A stretch of 64,000 nucleotides of DNA from Candidatus Latescibacterota bacterium (lineage in GTDB: Bacteria > Latescibacterota > UBA2968). The stretch lies in the NCBI GenBank assembly GCA_022823725.1, contig JAJEHL010000023.1, positions 65,561-129,560 on the forward strand. Direction: 5' to 3'. How positions within the stretch are numbered: position 1 is the stretch's first letter; each line of letters opens with the position of its first letter. A model generated the notes under the pieces. The model searched no databases. It was not told the origin of the DNA and saw only the letters and a program-made list of their open reading frames with translations. Below are positions 1 through 9,649 of the stretch, one piece after another. The translations under genes and the position numbers were made by a program.

Positions 1-99
1 GGCAAACCCAACAAACTCATCGATCGCAGTCCCGAATCTCCCGAACGCCGTTGGGAAAATACCCTCGAAAAGAAAGACAAAGACGACAAAGTTTATTAA
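1..99 (+). CDS. 3' end of an upstream gene, partial; unknown Lys/Asp-rich C-terminus
   Basis: Frame 1 is open from the window edge and reads ...GKPNKLIDRSPESPERRWENTLEKKDKDDKVY, ending at TAA 97-99. No recognisable domain. The ORF track does not list it because it is truncated. Confidence 0.25.
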   Translation, partial: GKPNKLIDRSPESPERRWENTLEKKDKDDKVY

Positions 100-136
100 T
101 CAATAATGACAAACAAGACACTGGATTGCGGCTAAA

Positions 137-224
137 GCATGTCCCTGCATGATTTAAGCAGGGAACATGCCGCAATGACAATCGTTATTCCTGTCGCCAC
201 TCCTGCATGCCTTAAGCAGGTGTC
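137..224. repeat. Two related palindromic hairpins (CCTGCATG-N-TTAAGCAGG cores) between convergent gene ends
   Basis: gcatgtccctgcatgatttaagcagggaacatgc (137-169) forms a stem of about 12 bp. cactcctgcatgccttaagcaggtgt (199-224) forms an imperfect 8 bp stem. Both share the cctgcatgNNttaagcagg core. They lie downstream of both flanking genes, so a REP-like or bidirectional terminator role is plausible. Confidence 0.5.
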
Positions 225-240
225 CAGGATGAGGGTACTT

Positions 241-1320
241 TTAATTTAATTTTGCATCTCCCGATATATCCACTTCACGCCCTTCCTCTTCACTGCGATA
301 AATCCCATCTAAAATCGCCATCACCTGAAGCGACTGCTCAGCCGGCACTGGCGACGGTTTGCCCTCTGCAATCGCCCTGGCAAACGTCATGCATTCCAGC
401 GCGTGTGCTTTGGCGATATCGCCCGTATCTTGCAATGCGTATTTGTGATGTTGCTGCGTCTTATAATCCGAATAATAAATCTCACTACTGGGCAAATGTG
501 CGCCACCCTTCGTGCCGTAAAGCCATATCTGTCGTTCTGACGGAGGACCTTGATGCAACATCCAGCTCGTCTCCAGAATAAGCGAAGCCCCATTTTCAAA
601 CCGCACAAAAGCCGCCGCAAAATCCTCCACATCAAATTCTTCGGGAATCGCACCACCACTGCGCCCCATCGTACTGAACGCGCCCTCCTGATGTGCCAAC
701 TCCGCCTTCGCCACCCCCGTTACAGCTACGGGATTTGGATTGCCCATCAACCACAGCGTCAAATCCAACACATGAACGCCAATATCGATACACGGCCCGC
801 CACCACTGTGCTTTTTCATAATAAAACCCGGCCGCGCGGGCACACCCGACTTTCGCAACATCCAGCATCGCGCGTGATACACATTTCCCAACACCCCGGT
901 ATCCAATTCCCGCTTCATCGCCAGAGATGTCCCCGCAAACCGCGACGACTGCGCGCACATCAACAACTTGCCCGATCGGTCGCGCGCGGCAATCATATCT
1001 TTCACCAATTGAGGACTCGGTGCCAGAGGTTTTTCACAAATCACGTGTTTACCCGCATCCAGCGCGCCAATAGATAGAGGCGCGTGATAATTATTTGGTG
1101 TACACACATCCACAATATCTATCTCTGGATCGGCAAACAAATCTTCCGGATTCACATACAGTTTTTTGATCCCGTATTGTTCACCCCAATCCTTCAACAC
1201 ATCTTTACTAATATCGCTTCCAGCCACCAATTCGGCATGTTCCGAAGCCTGCCAACCCGGAATATGTGTCCGCGCAATACCTCCCACTCCGACAATACCC
1301 ACCTTCAATTTATCTGCCAT
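241..1320 (-). CDS. Gfo/Idh/MocA family NAD(P)-dependent oxidoreductase
   Basis: 359 aa. N-terminal Rossmann motif KVGIVGVGGIARTHIP, then EKPLA and a GFMKKH-like C-terminal domain. Strong RBS aggaggtaaaATG. Confidence 0.85.
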   Translation of the reverse strand: MADKLKVGIVGVGGIARTHIPGWQASEHAELVAGSDISKDVLKDWGEQYGIKKLYVNPEDLFADPEIDIVDVCTPNNYHAPLSIGALDAGKHVICEKPLAPSPQLVKDMIAARDRSGKLLMCAQSSRFAGTSLAMKRELDTGVLGNVYHARCWMLRKSGVPARPGFIMKKHSGGGPCIDIGVHVLDLTLWLMGNPNPVAVTGVAKAELAHQEGAFSTMGRSGGAIPEEFDVEDFAAAFVRFENGASLILETSWMLHQGPPSERQIWLYGTKGGAHLPSSEIYYSDYKTQQHHKYALQDTGDIAKAHALECMTFARAIAEGKPSPVPAEQSLQVMAILDGIYRSEEEGREVDISGDAKLN

Positions 1321-1350
1321 TTTACCTCCTAAGTTAAATAGCTATTAGTA

Positions 1351-1431
1351 GTCAGGCCGCCCAGCCCCGAGTCTCCAGCCTCAGTCCCTCGCCTTTCATC
1401 TGCGATCATCTGCGGATACTTCTCGCCTCTC
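1351..1431. repeat. Intergenic modular repeat, copy R1 (5' module plus 3' module, core hairpin absent)
   Basis: ...cccagccccgagtctccagcctcagtccctcgcctttcatctgcgatcatctgcggatacttctc. It shares the cccagcc...tttcatctgc and catctgcggata(c)ttc modules with the copies at 18569-18652, 24005-24045, 34049-34190 and 52895-53050. Confidence 0.55.
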
Positions 1432-1575
1432 AAATAACAAAACGATCTTCGCATTGTCAATGCACTATCGACGAGATCAAACATACTTACAACCGCTTGA
1501 CGCCCTTCCCCGACCAACGTACATTGCCTATTCCAGCATAACACCGTCTTTCACCTTTTAAGAACAGATATTGCC

Positions 1576-2622
1576 ATGACCATACACAACCTCGACACAC
1601 CTGCGCTCACCATCGACCTCGATATTCTCGAAAAAAATATTCGAGAAACGCAAGAAGCGTGCGACAAATGCGACATTCCCCTGCGCGTACACACCAAAAC
1701 GCACAAAATCCCCGAAATCGCCAAAATGCAACTCGCTGCGGGAGCCATTGGCATTGTCTGCCAAAAAGTGGGCGAAGCCGAAGCTATGGTTGAAGCGGGC
1801 ATTCCCGACATCCTCATCCCCTATAATATCGTCGGCCCCCTCAAAGTCAAACGCCTCGCCGAACTGTGCAAACGCGCCACCATGACCCTTGCCGTCGATT
1901 CGGAAATCACCGCACGTGGTCTATCCGATGGCGCAAAAGAAAACCACGTCACCATCAACATCCTCATCGAATGCGACACCGGAGGCAATCGCTGCGGCGT
2001 ACAATCGCCCAAAGCCGCGCTTGAACTCGCACAAAAGGTTACAACCATGCCCGGCCTCCAGTTCCAGGGCATCATGACCTATCCCAGTCACGAACGCGCC
2101 AAAGCCTTCATTGACCAAACGCGCGATCTGCTTCAAAACGCGGGCATCGCGCTCAACACCATCAGCGGAGGTGGCACGGGCACTGCCGAAGTTTCCAAAG
2201 CCATCGGCTGTACCGAAACCCGCATTGGATCCTACGTCTTTGAGGGCCTACGCCGCATCAACCGCGAACACAACCCGCCCAACCCCATCACCTGTGCCGA
2301 ACGCATGATTGTCACCATCGTCAGCACACCCACACCTGACCGCGTCATCATCGATGGTGGGCAAAAAACATTTACCAGTTATGCCCCCACCCCTTATGGA
2401 TACATCGTTGAACACCCCCATGCCAAAATCTACGGCATGTCCGTCGAACACGGTCACGTCGATGTCTCAGAATGCAACCACACCTTCACCGTAGGTGACC
2501 GCCTCTCCGTCATTCCCTTGCACCAGGGCATGACCACCAACCTCCACGACGAAGTCTATGCCGTGCGAAATGGCAATGTAGAATACAGATGGAAAGTTGC
2601 CGGGCGCGGTAAAGTGCAATAA
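1576..2622 (+). CDS. PLP-dependent D-serine dehydratase-like / D-threonine aldolase family enzyme (alanine racemase N-domain fold)
   Basis: 348 aa. TPALTIDLDILEKNI...RVHTKTHK carries the PLP-lysine context typical of the DSD1 / COG3616 family. There is a C-terminal beta domain. Confidence 0.7.
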   Translation: MTIHNLDTPALTIDLDILEKNIRETQEACDKCDIPLRVHTKTHKIPEIAKMQLAAGAIGIVCQKVGEAEAMVEAGIPDILIPYNIVGPLKVKRLAELCKRATMTLAVDSEITARGLSDGAKENHVTINILIECDTGGNRCGVQSPKAALELAQKVTTMPGLQFQGIMTYPSHERAKAFIDQTRDLLQNAGIALNTISGGGTGTAEVSKAIGCTETRIGSYVFEGLRRINREHNPPNPITCAERMIVTIVSTPTPDRVIIDGGQKTFTSYAPTPYGYIVEHPHAKIYGMSVEHGHVDVSECNHTFTVGDRLSVIPLHQGMTTNLHDEVYAVRNGNVEYRWKVAGRGKVQ

Positions 2623-2642
2623 AAAACATTCGGGAAAAAACT

Positions 2643-5006
2643 ATGTCCAAACAACCAAATAAATTAACCAGACGCAAAGCAATCGCTGGCATTGGTATCA
2701 GCGGCATTGTTCTCACACAGCACGCATTGTCTCAGGAGACCACCGTGAACACAACACATAGTGCAACCATAACGCGCTACCCCACCGTACAAGCTATGAA
2801 ATCCGCGCCCGAAATCCGCAAAGACGACTGGGCTGAAACCGCGGGCTTTTACGTTCCCGGCGACGGCGGCGCGGCCCTGTATCACATCGAAAAAACAGAT
2901 GCAAATAGCCAGCCAAACGATGCCGACATCATTGCACTGGACAATGGCACAGTCGCTATCTTGCACGAAAGCGAAGCCGTCAATTACAAAATGTTTGGCG
3001 CGATTGGCGATGGAGAAAACGACGACGGCGTACAAATAACTCTGGCGCATAAATACGCCAATGCGCGCAAAGTCCCAATTGTGAATTTAAGCGGCGAATA
3101 TTGGATCACGCAAACCAATGACATACCCATCAAAACCAACGTCTCCTGGGGGCAAACCACTTTTCACATCGATGAACAGTACAACAGCCAAAGGGAGCCT
3201 CGCTTTGAAATTCTCAACGATCACCCGTCAAAAAAACTCACGCGAGACGAAACCATCAAAGCGGCTTTATTGGAAAATCTAAAACCCGGCGTGCAACTCA
3301 TACCAGAACTGGCGCAATATGCAGGTCATCTTATCATCGCTGAAGATGACGATGATCGCATAGGCATTCGGGCAGGCAATTATTCAAAGGCGGGATGGGG
3401 GCGCGAAGAACTGTTCTACGTTGAAGAAGAGGGCCGTATCATTGGCGATATAGCCTGGGAATTCAAAAACTTCACCGACATCACCGCCATACCCTGCAAC
3501 GACAATTACCTCATCGTCGAAGGCGGCGGATTTTACTTTTCTGGCGACAGCGGAAGCGGTAGATCCTGGCGGTATCACCATCACGGCATCTCTATAAAAC
3601 GCAGCCGCACCATCATCCGCGAACAATGGATGGGCCTGGAAAAAGGGAAAAGCGATATCTCCATGCATCCCCGTCGCGGCTTTTACGTATTCAGCGGTGT
3701 CTATGACGTCACACTGGAAAATATCCGCGCAATGCCCTGGGAGAAAAATCGCGAAGAAAAAGACAGAGTGCTCGGCGCAGGCACCTATGGCATTGGCGGT
3801 GCGCGGATGCTCAATTGCACCTTTCGCAACATCACAGCAGAAGGCGGCTGGGTCGCCTGGGGTGTTTTTGGCACCAACCTCAACAAAAACTTCCGCTTTG
3901 AAAACTGCCACCTTAACCGCATAGACGTGCATTTTCACTGCTGGAACCTCTACATCAGCAACTGCACCATTGGCTTCAAAGGCATCGCCCTGACAGGTGG
4001 CGGTGAACTGGTAATCGAAAACACCACGCGCCACGGCAACTATTTTGTCAACTTCCGACGCGACTATGGCGCCAAATGGGACGGGCACATACGCATCCGC
4101 GGCTGCCGGTTGATGCCCAGCAGCAATGGACGCGTTTCTGTCCTATCCTATCGTCCGTCCGATTTCGATTACCAGTATCCCATAGGCTTTGCACGCACGG
4201 TCACAATCGAAGACCTGCTCATCGATTACAGTGCTGCACCTGCATCAACTGCACCGTGCTGGCTCATGGACACCGTTTCCTTTTCTAAAACCAAAAACAA
4301 CGACCGCCTCTTCTTCCCCCACCGCATTGAATTTCGAAACATCACCGTCGAAGGCAGAAAACAGGGCGTTCGCCTCATCCGCATACCCAACCCACACCAC
4401 TATGACCTGCGTCGCAACGGTGGCTATGATGGCGCGCAACTCCACGCCAACAGCACCCTCATCTGCGACAATGTCCAACTCGAAAAACTCACCCAGGAAA
4501 TTGCCGACGATGACGAACAGGTACACATCCTGATCGGTGGAGAATCAACGATTAGCTATGCCGATGCACTCGCTCTCTATCCCAAAATGCGATTTACCGA
4601 CTGTGAAAATATTAGCGCATACCTGGGCAACTGCATTGCCAGTGCGACTTTTGAACGGTGTAGCCTGAACACCATAACCGCGCCAAATTTGCGGGGCGAA
4701 CTCGTATTTACCGAGTGCCGTCTCCAACCCGACGTAAAAAAAGTACCAGAGCAATTTTATATTTTGCAAAGCACACTGGGCACGCGCTTCACCAACTGCA
4801 CCCTTCACGCCCCCATCGTCAACAGCACCATAAATCCGGACCTGATGGACCGCATGGGCTTTGTCAAAATCAACGAATCTGTACAGCACTACCATCTCAA
4901 CACAGCACTTGGCAATGACGTCATAAACCATCTCAAAAACTCGGGAATCACACTCACACCAGAATTTATCGCCCAACTAAAACTGCACCACGATTTGGAA
5001 TCGTAG
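2643..5006 (+). CDS. Tat-signal secreted right-handed parallel beta-helix protein (pectate-lyase / glycosidase-like fold)
   Basis: 787 aa. N-terminus RRKAIAGIGISGIVL is a twin-arginine signal. The body has many repeated N-x-T / NCT turns and periodic hydrophobics, typical of beta-helix repeats. Confidence 0.55.
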   Translation: MSKQPNKLTRRKAIAGIGISGIVLTQHALSQETTVNTTHSATITRYPTVQAMKSAPEIRKDDWAETAGFYVPGDGGAALYHIEKTDANSQPNDADIIALDNGTVAILHESEAVNYKMFGAIGDGENDDGVQITLAHKYANARKVPIVNLSGEYWITQTNDIPIKTNVSWGQTTFHIDEQYNSQREPRFEILNDHPSKKLTRDETIKAALLENLKPGVQLIPELAQYAGHLIIAEDDDDRIGIRAGNYSKAGWGREELFYVEEEGRIIGDIAWEFKNFTDITAIPCNDNYLIVEGGGFYFSGDSGSGRSWRYHHHGISIKRSRTIIREQWMGLEKGKSDISMHPRRGFYVFSGVYDVTLENIRAMPWEKNREEKDRVLGAGTYGIGGARMLNCTFRNITAEGGWVAWGVFGTNLNKNFRFENCHLNRIDVHFHCWNLYISNCTIGFKGIALTGGGELVIENTTRHGNYFVNFRRDYGAKWDGHIRIRGCRLMPSSNGRVSVLSYRPSDFDYQYPIGFARTVTIEDLLIDYSAAPASTAPCWLMDTVSFSKTKNNDRLFFPHRIEFRNITVEGRKQGVRLIRIPNPHHYDLRRNGGYDGAQLHANSTLICDNVQLEKLTQEIADDDEQVHILIGGESTISYADALALYPKMRFTDCENISAYLGNCIASATFERCSLNTITAPNLRGELVFTECRLQPDVKKVPEQFYILQSTLGTRFTNCTLHAPIVNSTINPDLMDRMGFVKINESVQHYHLNTALGNDVINHLKNSGITLTPEFIAQLKLHHDLES

Positions 5007-5040
5007 CAATAAACCAACTTCTCAAAAGGAGTACTCCGTC

Positions 5041-5940
5041 GTGAGAGACGTACGCTGGGAGCGCATGTTCCCCGATGAACTCGAAGCCGCATTCAAAGCC
5101 TGTCCAGTCGTCTATTTTTCCTATGGCCTGTGCGAACCACACGGCCCACAAAATGCTGTGGGACTCGACGCCCTCAAAGCCCACGGCATTGCCGTTCGCA
5201 CCGCGCACAAACACGGCGGCATCGTCGCCCCACCCGACTACTGGCATATCCACGAAATTGGAGGTTATGCCCTCTGGTCAGAACGCTCGGTTGGCCAACC
5301 TGAACACTCCTGGCTAACCTGTATGCCGCCCTGGCAACACTTTAAAAACATCTGCTATCACATCCGCCAGGCCGATACCCTCGGATTTCACGCGGCTATC
5401 CTTCTCACGGGGCACTACGGCCCCAACTGGCAAGACCTGAAAACCCTGTGCGAACTCATCCAACCCCATGTGGGCACACGCCTGTATAGCCTGCCAGACT
5501 TTGAAGCCAACCAACCCGGCTTTGACAATGACAACAACAGCGGCGGTGACCACGCTGGAAAAGTTGAAACCTCGCTTCTTTGGGCAATTGAACCCGACTG
5601 TGTCGATATCTCTCGTTTACCACCCGAAAGCGAAACCGGTCCGCACTTTGCCATGGGCAAAAATGTCCGCGAATCCAACCGCCAAACAGGCGAACGCATG
5701 GTCAATGACGAAACCGAGTGGCTCGGCAACAAAGTTAGGGAATTACTCGCCGCGTATGAATCGGAAAAACCCACGCAAAAACTTCGCACCTTTGACCAGG
5801 TCGAACACATCTGGGAAACCGTTATCCGCCCCGAATTGCCCAACTTCCGCACCATGCAAACAGCCTGGTCGGAAGACGCCACCCTTCCAGAAGACTCTGT
5901 CTGGTACGCCAACTGGAAAGTGCCAGATCGTGAATTTTAA
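5041..5940 (+). CDS. Creatininase-family amidohydrolase (creatinine amidohydrolase / MftE-like)
   Basis: 299 aa. GTG start with RBS aaggag 10 nt upstream. YGLCEPHGPQNAVGLD matches the creatininase GS-EQHGPHLP-GTD metal-site motif. Confidence 0.7.
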   Translation: MRDVRWERMFPDELEAAFKACPVVYFSYGLCEPHGPQNAVGLDALKAHGIAVRTAHKHGGIVAPPDYWHIHEIGGYALWSERSVGQPEHSWLTCMPPWQHFKNICYHIRQADTLGFHAAILLTGHYGPNWQDLKTLCELIQPHVGTRLYSLPDFEANQPGFDNDNNSGGDHAGKVETSLLWAIEPDCVDISRLPPESETGPHFAMGKNVRESNRQTGERMVNDETEWLGNKVRELLAAYESEKPTQKLRTFDQVEHIWETVIRPELPNFRTMQTAWSEDATLPEDSVWYANWKVPDREF

Positions 5941-5972
5941 TATAAAATTGTCCACTTTTAAGGAGGTACAGT

Positions 5973-8642
5973 ATGAAGCAACTGATTATGTTTTTGGCTT
6001 TATTATTCCTGGCACACTCAACCCTGTCTGCCGCCGAGTTAAAAGGCAAAGTACGCGATGCCGAAACCGGTGAAGCTCTGCCGAGCGCAAACGTATATTT
6101 AGAAGGTATCGGGCGAGGAACCGCTACAGATCTCGATGGACAATTTGAGATCACCAGAGTCGGCGAAGGCAACTATACACTCGTCATAAGTTTTGTAGGA
6201 TACAAAGAGTATCGCAGTTCTATCATTGTAAAAGCGGATGCCACCGAGTTAATTGTAGAACTCATGCCCGAGGCATTTCGAGGCAAAGAAGTCACCATCG
6301 TTGCCGACCGCGCCAAATTGCGCGAAACCCCCGTTGCCTTCTCAGACGTTCCAAAAGCCGATATGGAGCGCAAACTCGGCTCGCGTGATCTCCCGATGAT
6401 TTTGAATGATACACCGGGCGTTTATGCAACCGAGCAAGGGGGAGGTCCTGGCGATTCTCGCATCAATGTGAGGGGATTTGACCAGCGCAACGTCGCCGTC
6501 ATGATCAATGGCGTACCGGTCAACGATATGGAAAACGGCTGGGTCTATTGGTCCAACTGGGATGGCCTGAGCGATGTCACGTCATCAATCCAGGTACAGC
6601 GCGGATTGGGAGCCTCAAATCTGGCAATAGCCTCAGTGGGTGGCACCATGAACATTGTCACCGACATCGCCCGACAACAGCGAGGGTTCAAAATCAAACA
6701 GGAGGCGGGGAACAACGCCTTTTACAAAACCACAGTCAATTTTTCATCGGGTCTGATGAACGGCAAAACCGCTTTCACCCTGGGTCTCACGCGCAAAATT
6801 GGCGATGGATTGCCCGATCAGACGTGGACATCGGCCTGGTCCTATTTTGGAGCACTGAGCTATTTCGTATCTGAGACACACAAAATTGACCTGTTTGTCG
6901 TAGGCGCGCCACAACGACACGGGCATCGCCTCTACAAGCAATCCATCGCAACCTTTGATGTCGATTACGCCCGATCCCTGGGCATTGATGTTTCGGATGC
7001 GAGAACCTACGGTATCGATTACAACCCCAACTGGGGACGCTCGCCATTTTCATCCTATCAGGAGTACTACAACGGCCAGGTACACGACGCGCGCGACAGT
7101 GAAATCATCATGGAACGCGAGAATTTTTACCACAAACCCCAGATCAATTTGAACTGGTACTGGACACCCAACGAGCAGTTCATCCTGTCCAATGTATTTT
7201 ATTTTTCGCGCGGCAAAGGCGGCGGCACAGGGCGTTTGGGTACCAACCCGCGCTCGCTACCCGATGGCAGCATCAACTGGCAACGCGTTGCAGATGAATT
7301 AAACACCCAAACAGCGTCGGAATCCCATCCCGACCTGGTAGGCGCAGGCGAAGTAGGTGCCAATGAAATTGCGGCAAGAACCGTCATCCGAAACTCGGTC
7401 AACCAACACTTCTGGTATGGTTATTTGAGCACGGCCGAACACCGTTTGAGCGAAATCTACACGCTGGCCTTTGGCATAGACTTGCGCTATTACAGAGGGC
7501 AACATTGGCGCGAAGTGCGCAATCTGCTCGGCGCCGATTATTACGTCTTCCCCTGGGACAGAAACGCCACGACCTCCGTCAAGCGACTCGGTGACAAAGT
7601 CTCCTACCACAACGACGGCCTTACGCGCTGGGGTGGTGGTTTTGCACAACTCGAAGGCCGGTTTAACGACTTTACGGCATTTCTGAGCACATCTGCGTCT
7701 ATAACAGGTTATAAACGCATCGACTATTTCCGCGCAAAGGTCAATGGCGACTGGGATCAGACAGATTGGGAAAACTTCAAAGGCTACACCGCAAAAGTGG
7801 GCGGCAACTACAATGCAACCCCCGCAATCAATGTGTATGCCAACGTGGGCTGGCTTTCAACAGCCCCCAAATTCGACTCAGTTTATCATTACGACAACAG
7901 CCTCTACGACCCCACATTCAATGAAAAAGTCGCCGCCTTTGAGTTGGGTGCCGGTTATTTCAAACGCGGCGTAGTGACAGCAAACACAAATTTCTATTAC
8001 ACCAGATGGATAGACCGCTCGTGGCCCAAGAGCATTTACAGTGCAAAGCTCGATCAGAGCTTTCGGTTTTTGCTAAACGGCATTGACGCGCGGCACACTG
8101 GTATAGAGTTCGACCTGAAAGCGCGGCCCCATTCCAAGTTGGAAATACGCGGCATGTTATCCCTGGGCAATTGGGAATGGCTCAACGATGCCAATGTCAC
8201 ATTTTCGCCCGAAGAAGACCCATCGGCTATCGGTAATTTTCAAGTCTATGCCAAAGGGCTAAAAGTGGGCGACTCAGCACAAAAGACCCTTGCGCTGAGC
8301 GGTACAGTATTTCCCACACGCGGCCTCTACGCCTCGGTGAACCTGCGGCGATTTATGGATCACTACGCCAAATTTGACCCCGCCAACCGAACAGATGTCA
8401 ATGACCGACAACAATCCTGGCAACTCCCAAATTACAACCTGGTAAATCTGCATGCGGGCTACACCCTGCCCGGCGATACATTTGGAAATGGCAAAGTGAA
8501 ACTGCAATTACACGTCTTCAATTTGCTCGACGAACGCTATGTATCCGATGCAGATGACGGCAACGATCACGACGCAGCAAGCGCCCGCGTATTCCTCGGC
8601 CTCTCGCGCCGCTGGAATATCTCGCTATCGTACGATTATTAG
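5973..8642 (+). CDS. TonB-dependent receptor-like outer-membrane protein with N-terminal carboxypeptidase-regulatory-like domain
   Basis: 889 aa. Signal peptide MKQLIMFLALLFLAHSTLSA. GKVRDAETGEALPSANVYLEG is CarbopepD_reg-like. A plug region follows, then a long beta-barrel with alternating pattern. RBS aaggaggtacagtATG. Confidence 0.75.
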   Translation: MKQLIMFLALLFLAHSTLSAAELKGKVRDAETGEALPSANVYLEGIGRGTATDLDGQFEITRVGEGNYTLVISFVGYKEYRSSIIVKADATELIVELMPEAFRGKEVTIVADRAKLRETPVAFSDVPKADMERKLGSRDLPMILNDTPGVYATEQGGGPGDSRINVRGFDQRNVAVMINGVPVNDMENGWVYWSNWDGLSDVTSSIQVQRGLGASNLAIASVGGTMNIVTDIARQQRGFKIKQEAGNNAFYKTTVNFSSGLMNGKTAFTLGLTRKIGDGLPDQTWTSAWSYFGALSYFVSETHKIDLFVVGAPQRHGHRLYKQSIATFDVDYARSLGIDVSDARTYGIDYNPNWGRSPFSSYQEYYNGQVHDARDSEIIMERENFYHKPQINLNWYWTPNEQFILSNVFYFSRGKGGGTGRLGTNPRSLPDGSINWQRVADELNTQTASESHPDLVGAGEVGANEIAARTVIRNSVNQHFWYGYLSTAEHRLSEIYTLAFGIDLRYYRGQHWREVRNLLGADYYVFPWDRNATTSVKRLGDKVSYHNDGLTRWGGGFAQLEGRFNDFTAFLSTSASITGYKRIDYFRAKVNGDWDQTDWENFKGYTAKVGGNYNATPAINVYANVGWLSTAPKFDSVYHYDNSLYDPTFNEKVAAFELGAGYFKRGVVTANTNFYYTRWIDRSWPKSIYSAKLDQSFRFLLNGIDARHTGIEFDLKARPHSKLEIRGMLSLGNWEWLNDANVTFSPEEDPSAIGNFQVYAKGLKVGDSAQKTLALSGTVFPTRGLYASVNLRRFMDHYAKFDPANRTDVNDRQQSWQLPNYNLVNLHAGYTLPGDTFGNGKVKLQLHVFNLLDERYVSDADDGNDHDAASARVFLGLSRRWNISLSYDY

Positions 8643-8672
8643 CCGTCAGCAGTTCTAACACAGGAGATCACC

Positions 8673-9572
8673 TTGAACAATCCCATCCGCGGTATCTTGC
8701 CCGTATTACAAACGCCCGTTGCCGAATCCGGAGACTTCGACATCGAAAGCATGGAGCGGCAAATCGACTTCTGCATCGCCGCTGGCGCAGGTGGCCTGGT
8801 CTTTCCCGTGCTTGGAGGAGAATTTCAATATCTCTCCGACCGCGAGCGACAAACCCTGGTCGAAATCGTCGTCAAAAAAACCGACAAACGCATTCCCGTC
8901 ATCGTCGGTGTGGCCGGCACCAATATCTCCACGGCCACAGAACACGCCGCCCATGCCGGACGCGTAGGAGCCGACGCCGTCATCGCCATGCCCCCCTATA
9001 TGGGTAGCGGAGGACCCGACGAAAACCTCCGCTACTTCGAGGCCATTTCCAGCGCGGGACAAGTGCCCATTTTCATCCAGAACGCAGGTGCTGGCATGCA
9101 ACCTCCCGCACTCGTTCGCCTTCTCACCGAAGTCGAGCACCTCATCTACGTCAAAGAAGAAGCCAACCCCAGCGCACATCACATCAGCGCCATTGTCGCC
9201 GAAGCAGGAGATCACTGTCAGGGCGTTTTTGGTGGGGCGTGGTGCCGTTGGATGATCTCAGAAATGCGACGAGGTGCAAGCGGCTTTATGCCCGGCGCCC
9301 CGGTTGTCGATATTCACGTTGACATCTGGGATGCCTTTCAAGCAGGCGATGAAGACAGGGCACGCGACCTTTTCGATCAACTCCTTCCCCTCACCAACCT
9401 GATCCAAATCCTCGGTCTCCGTCTGGTCAAAGAAGTACTCATTCGCCGGGGCATCTTCAAAACGAGCGGCATGCGCGCACCCGGCAGCACAAAAATGGAT
9501 GAAGACGACCACCGCGAACTCGACGCCATCCTCGCAAAACTTCGCCCTCTATTCCGCACAGATGCGTCGTAG
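8673..9572 (+). CDS. DapA-family (dihydrodipicolinate synthase / N-acetylneuraminate lyase superfamily) Schiff-base lyase
   Basis: 299 aa. TTG start with RBS aggag. GILPVLQTP...GGLVFPVLGGEF...YVKEEAN matches the DHDPS-family TIM barrel with the catalytic Lys context. Confidence 0.8.
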   Translation: MNNPIRGILPVLQTPVAESGDFDIESMERQIDFCIAAGAGGLVFPVLGGEFQYLSDRERQTLVEIVVKKTDKRIPVIVGVAGTNISTATEHAAHAGRVGADAVIAMPPYMGSGGPDENLRYFEAISSAGQVPIFIQNAGAGMQPPALVRLLTEVEHLIYVKEEANPSAHHISAIVAEAGDHCQGVFGGAWCRWMISEMRRGASGFMPGAPVVDIHVDIWDAFQAGDEDRARDLFDQLLPLTNLIQILGLRLVKEVLIRRGIFKTSGMRAPGSTKMDEDDHRELDAILAKLRPLFRTDAS

Positions 9573-9587
9573 GCAGAAACGCATCCC

Positions 9588-9625
9588 CAAAACCCCCGAT
9601 AGCTTTGCACTATCGGGGGTTTTTG
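9588..9625. terminator. Bidirectional rho-independent terminator between convergent genes
   Basis: aaaacccccgatagctttgcactatcgggggttttt. A 10 bp GC-rich stem (cccccgatag / ctatcggggg) is flanked by an A-run and a T-run. Confidence 0.6.
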
Positions 9626-9649
9626 TCGTTACTGTGTCACGTACTGAAT

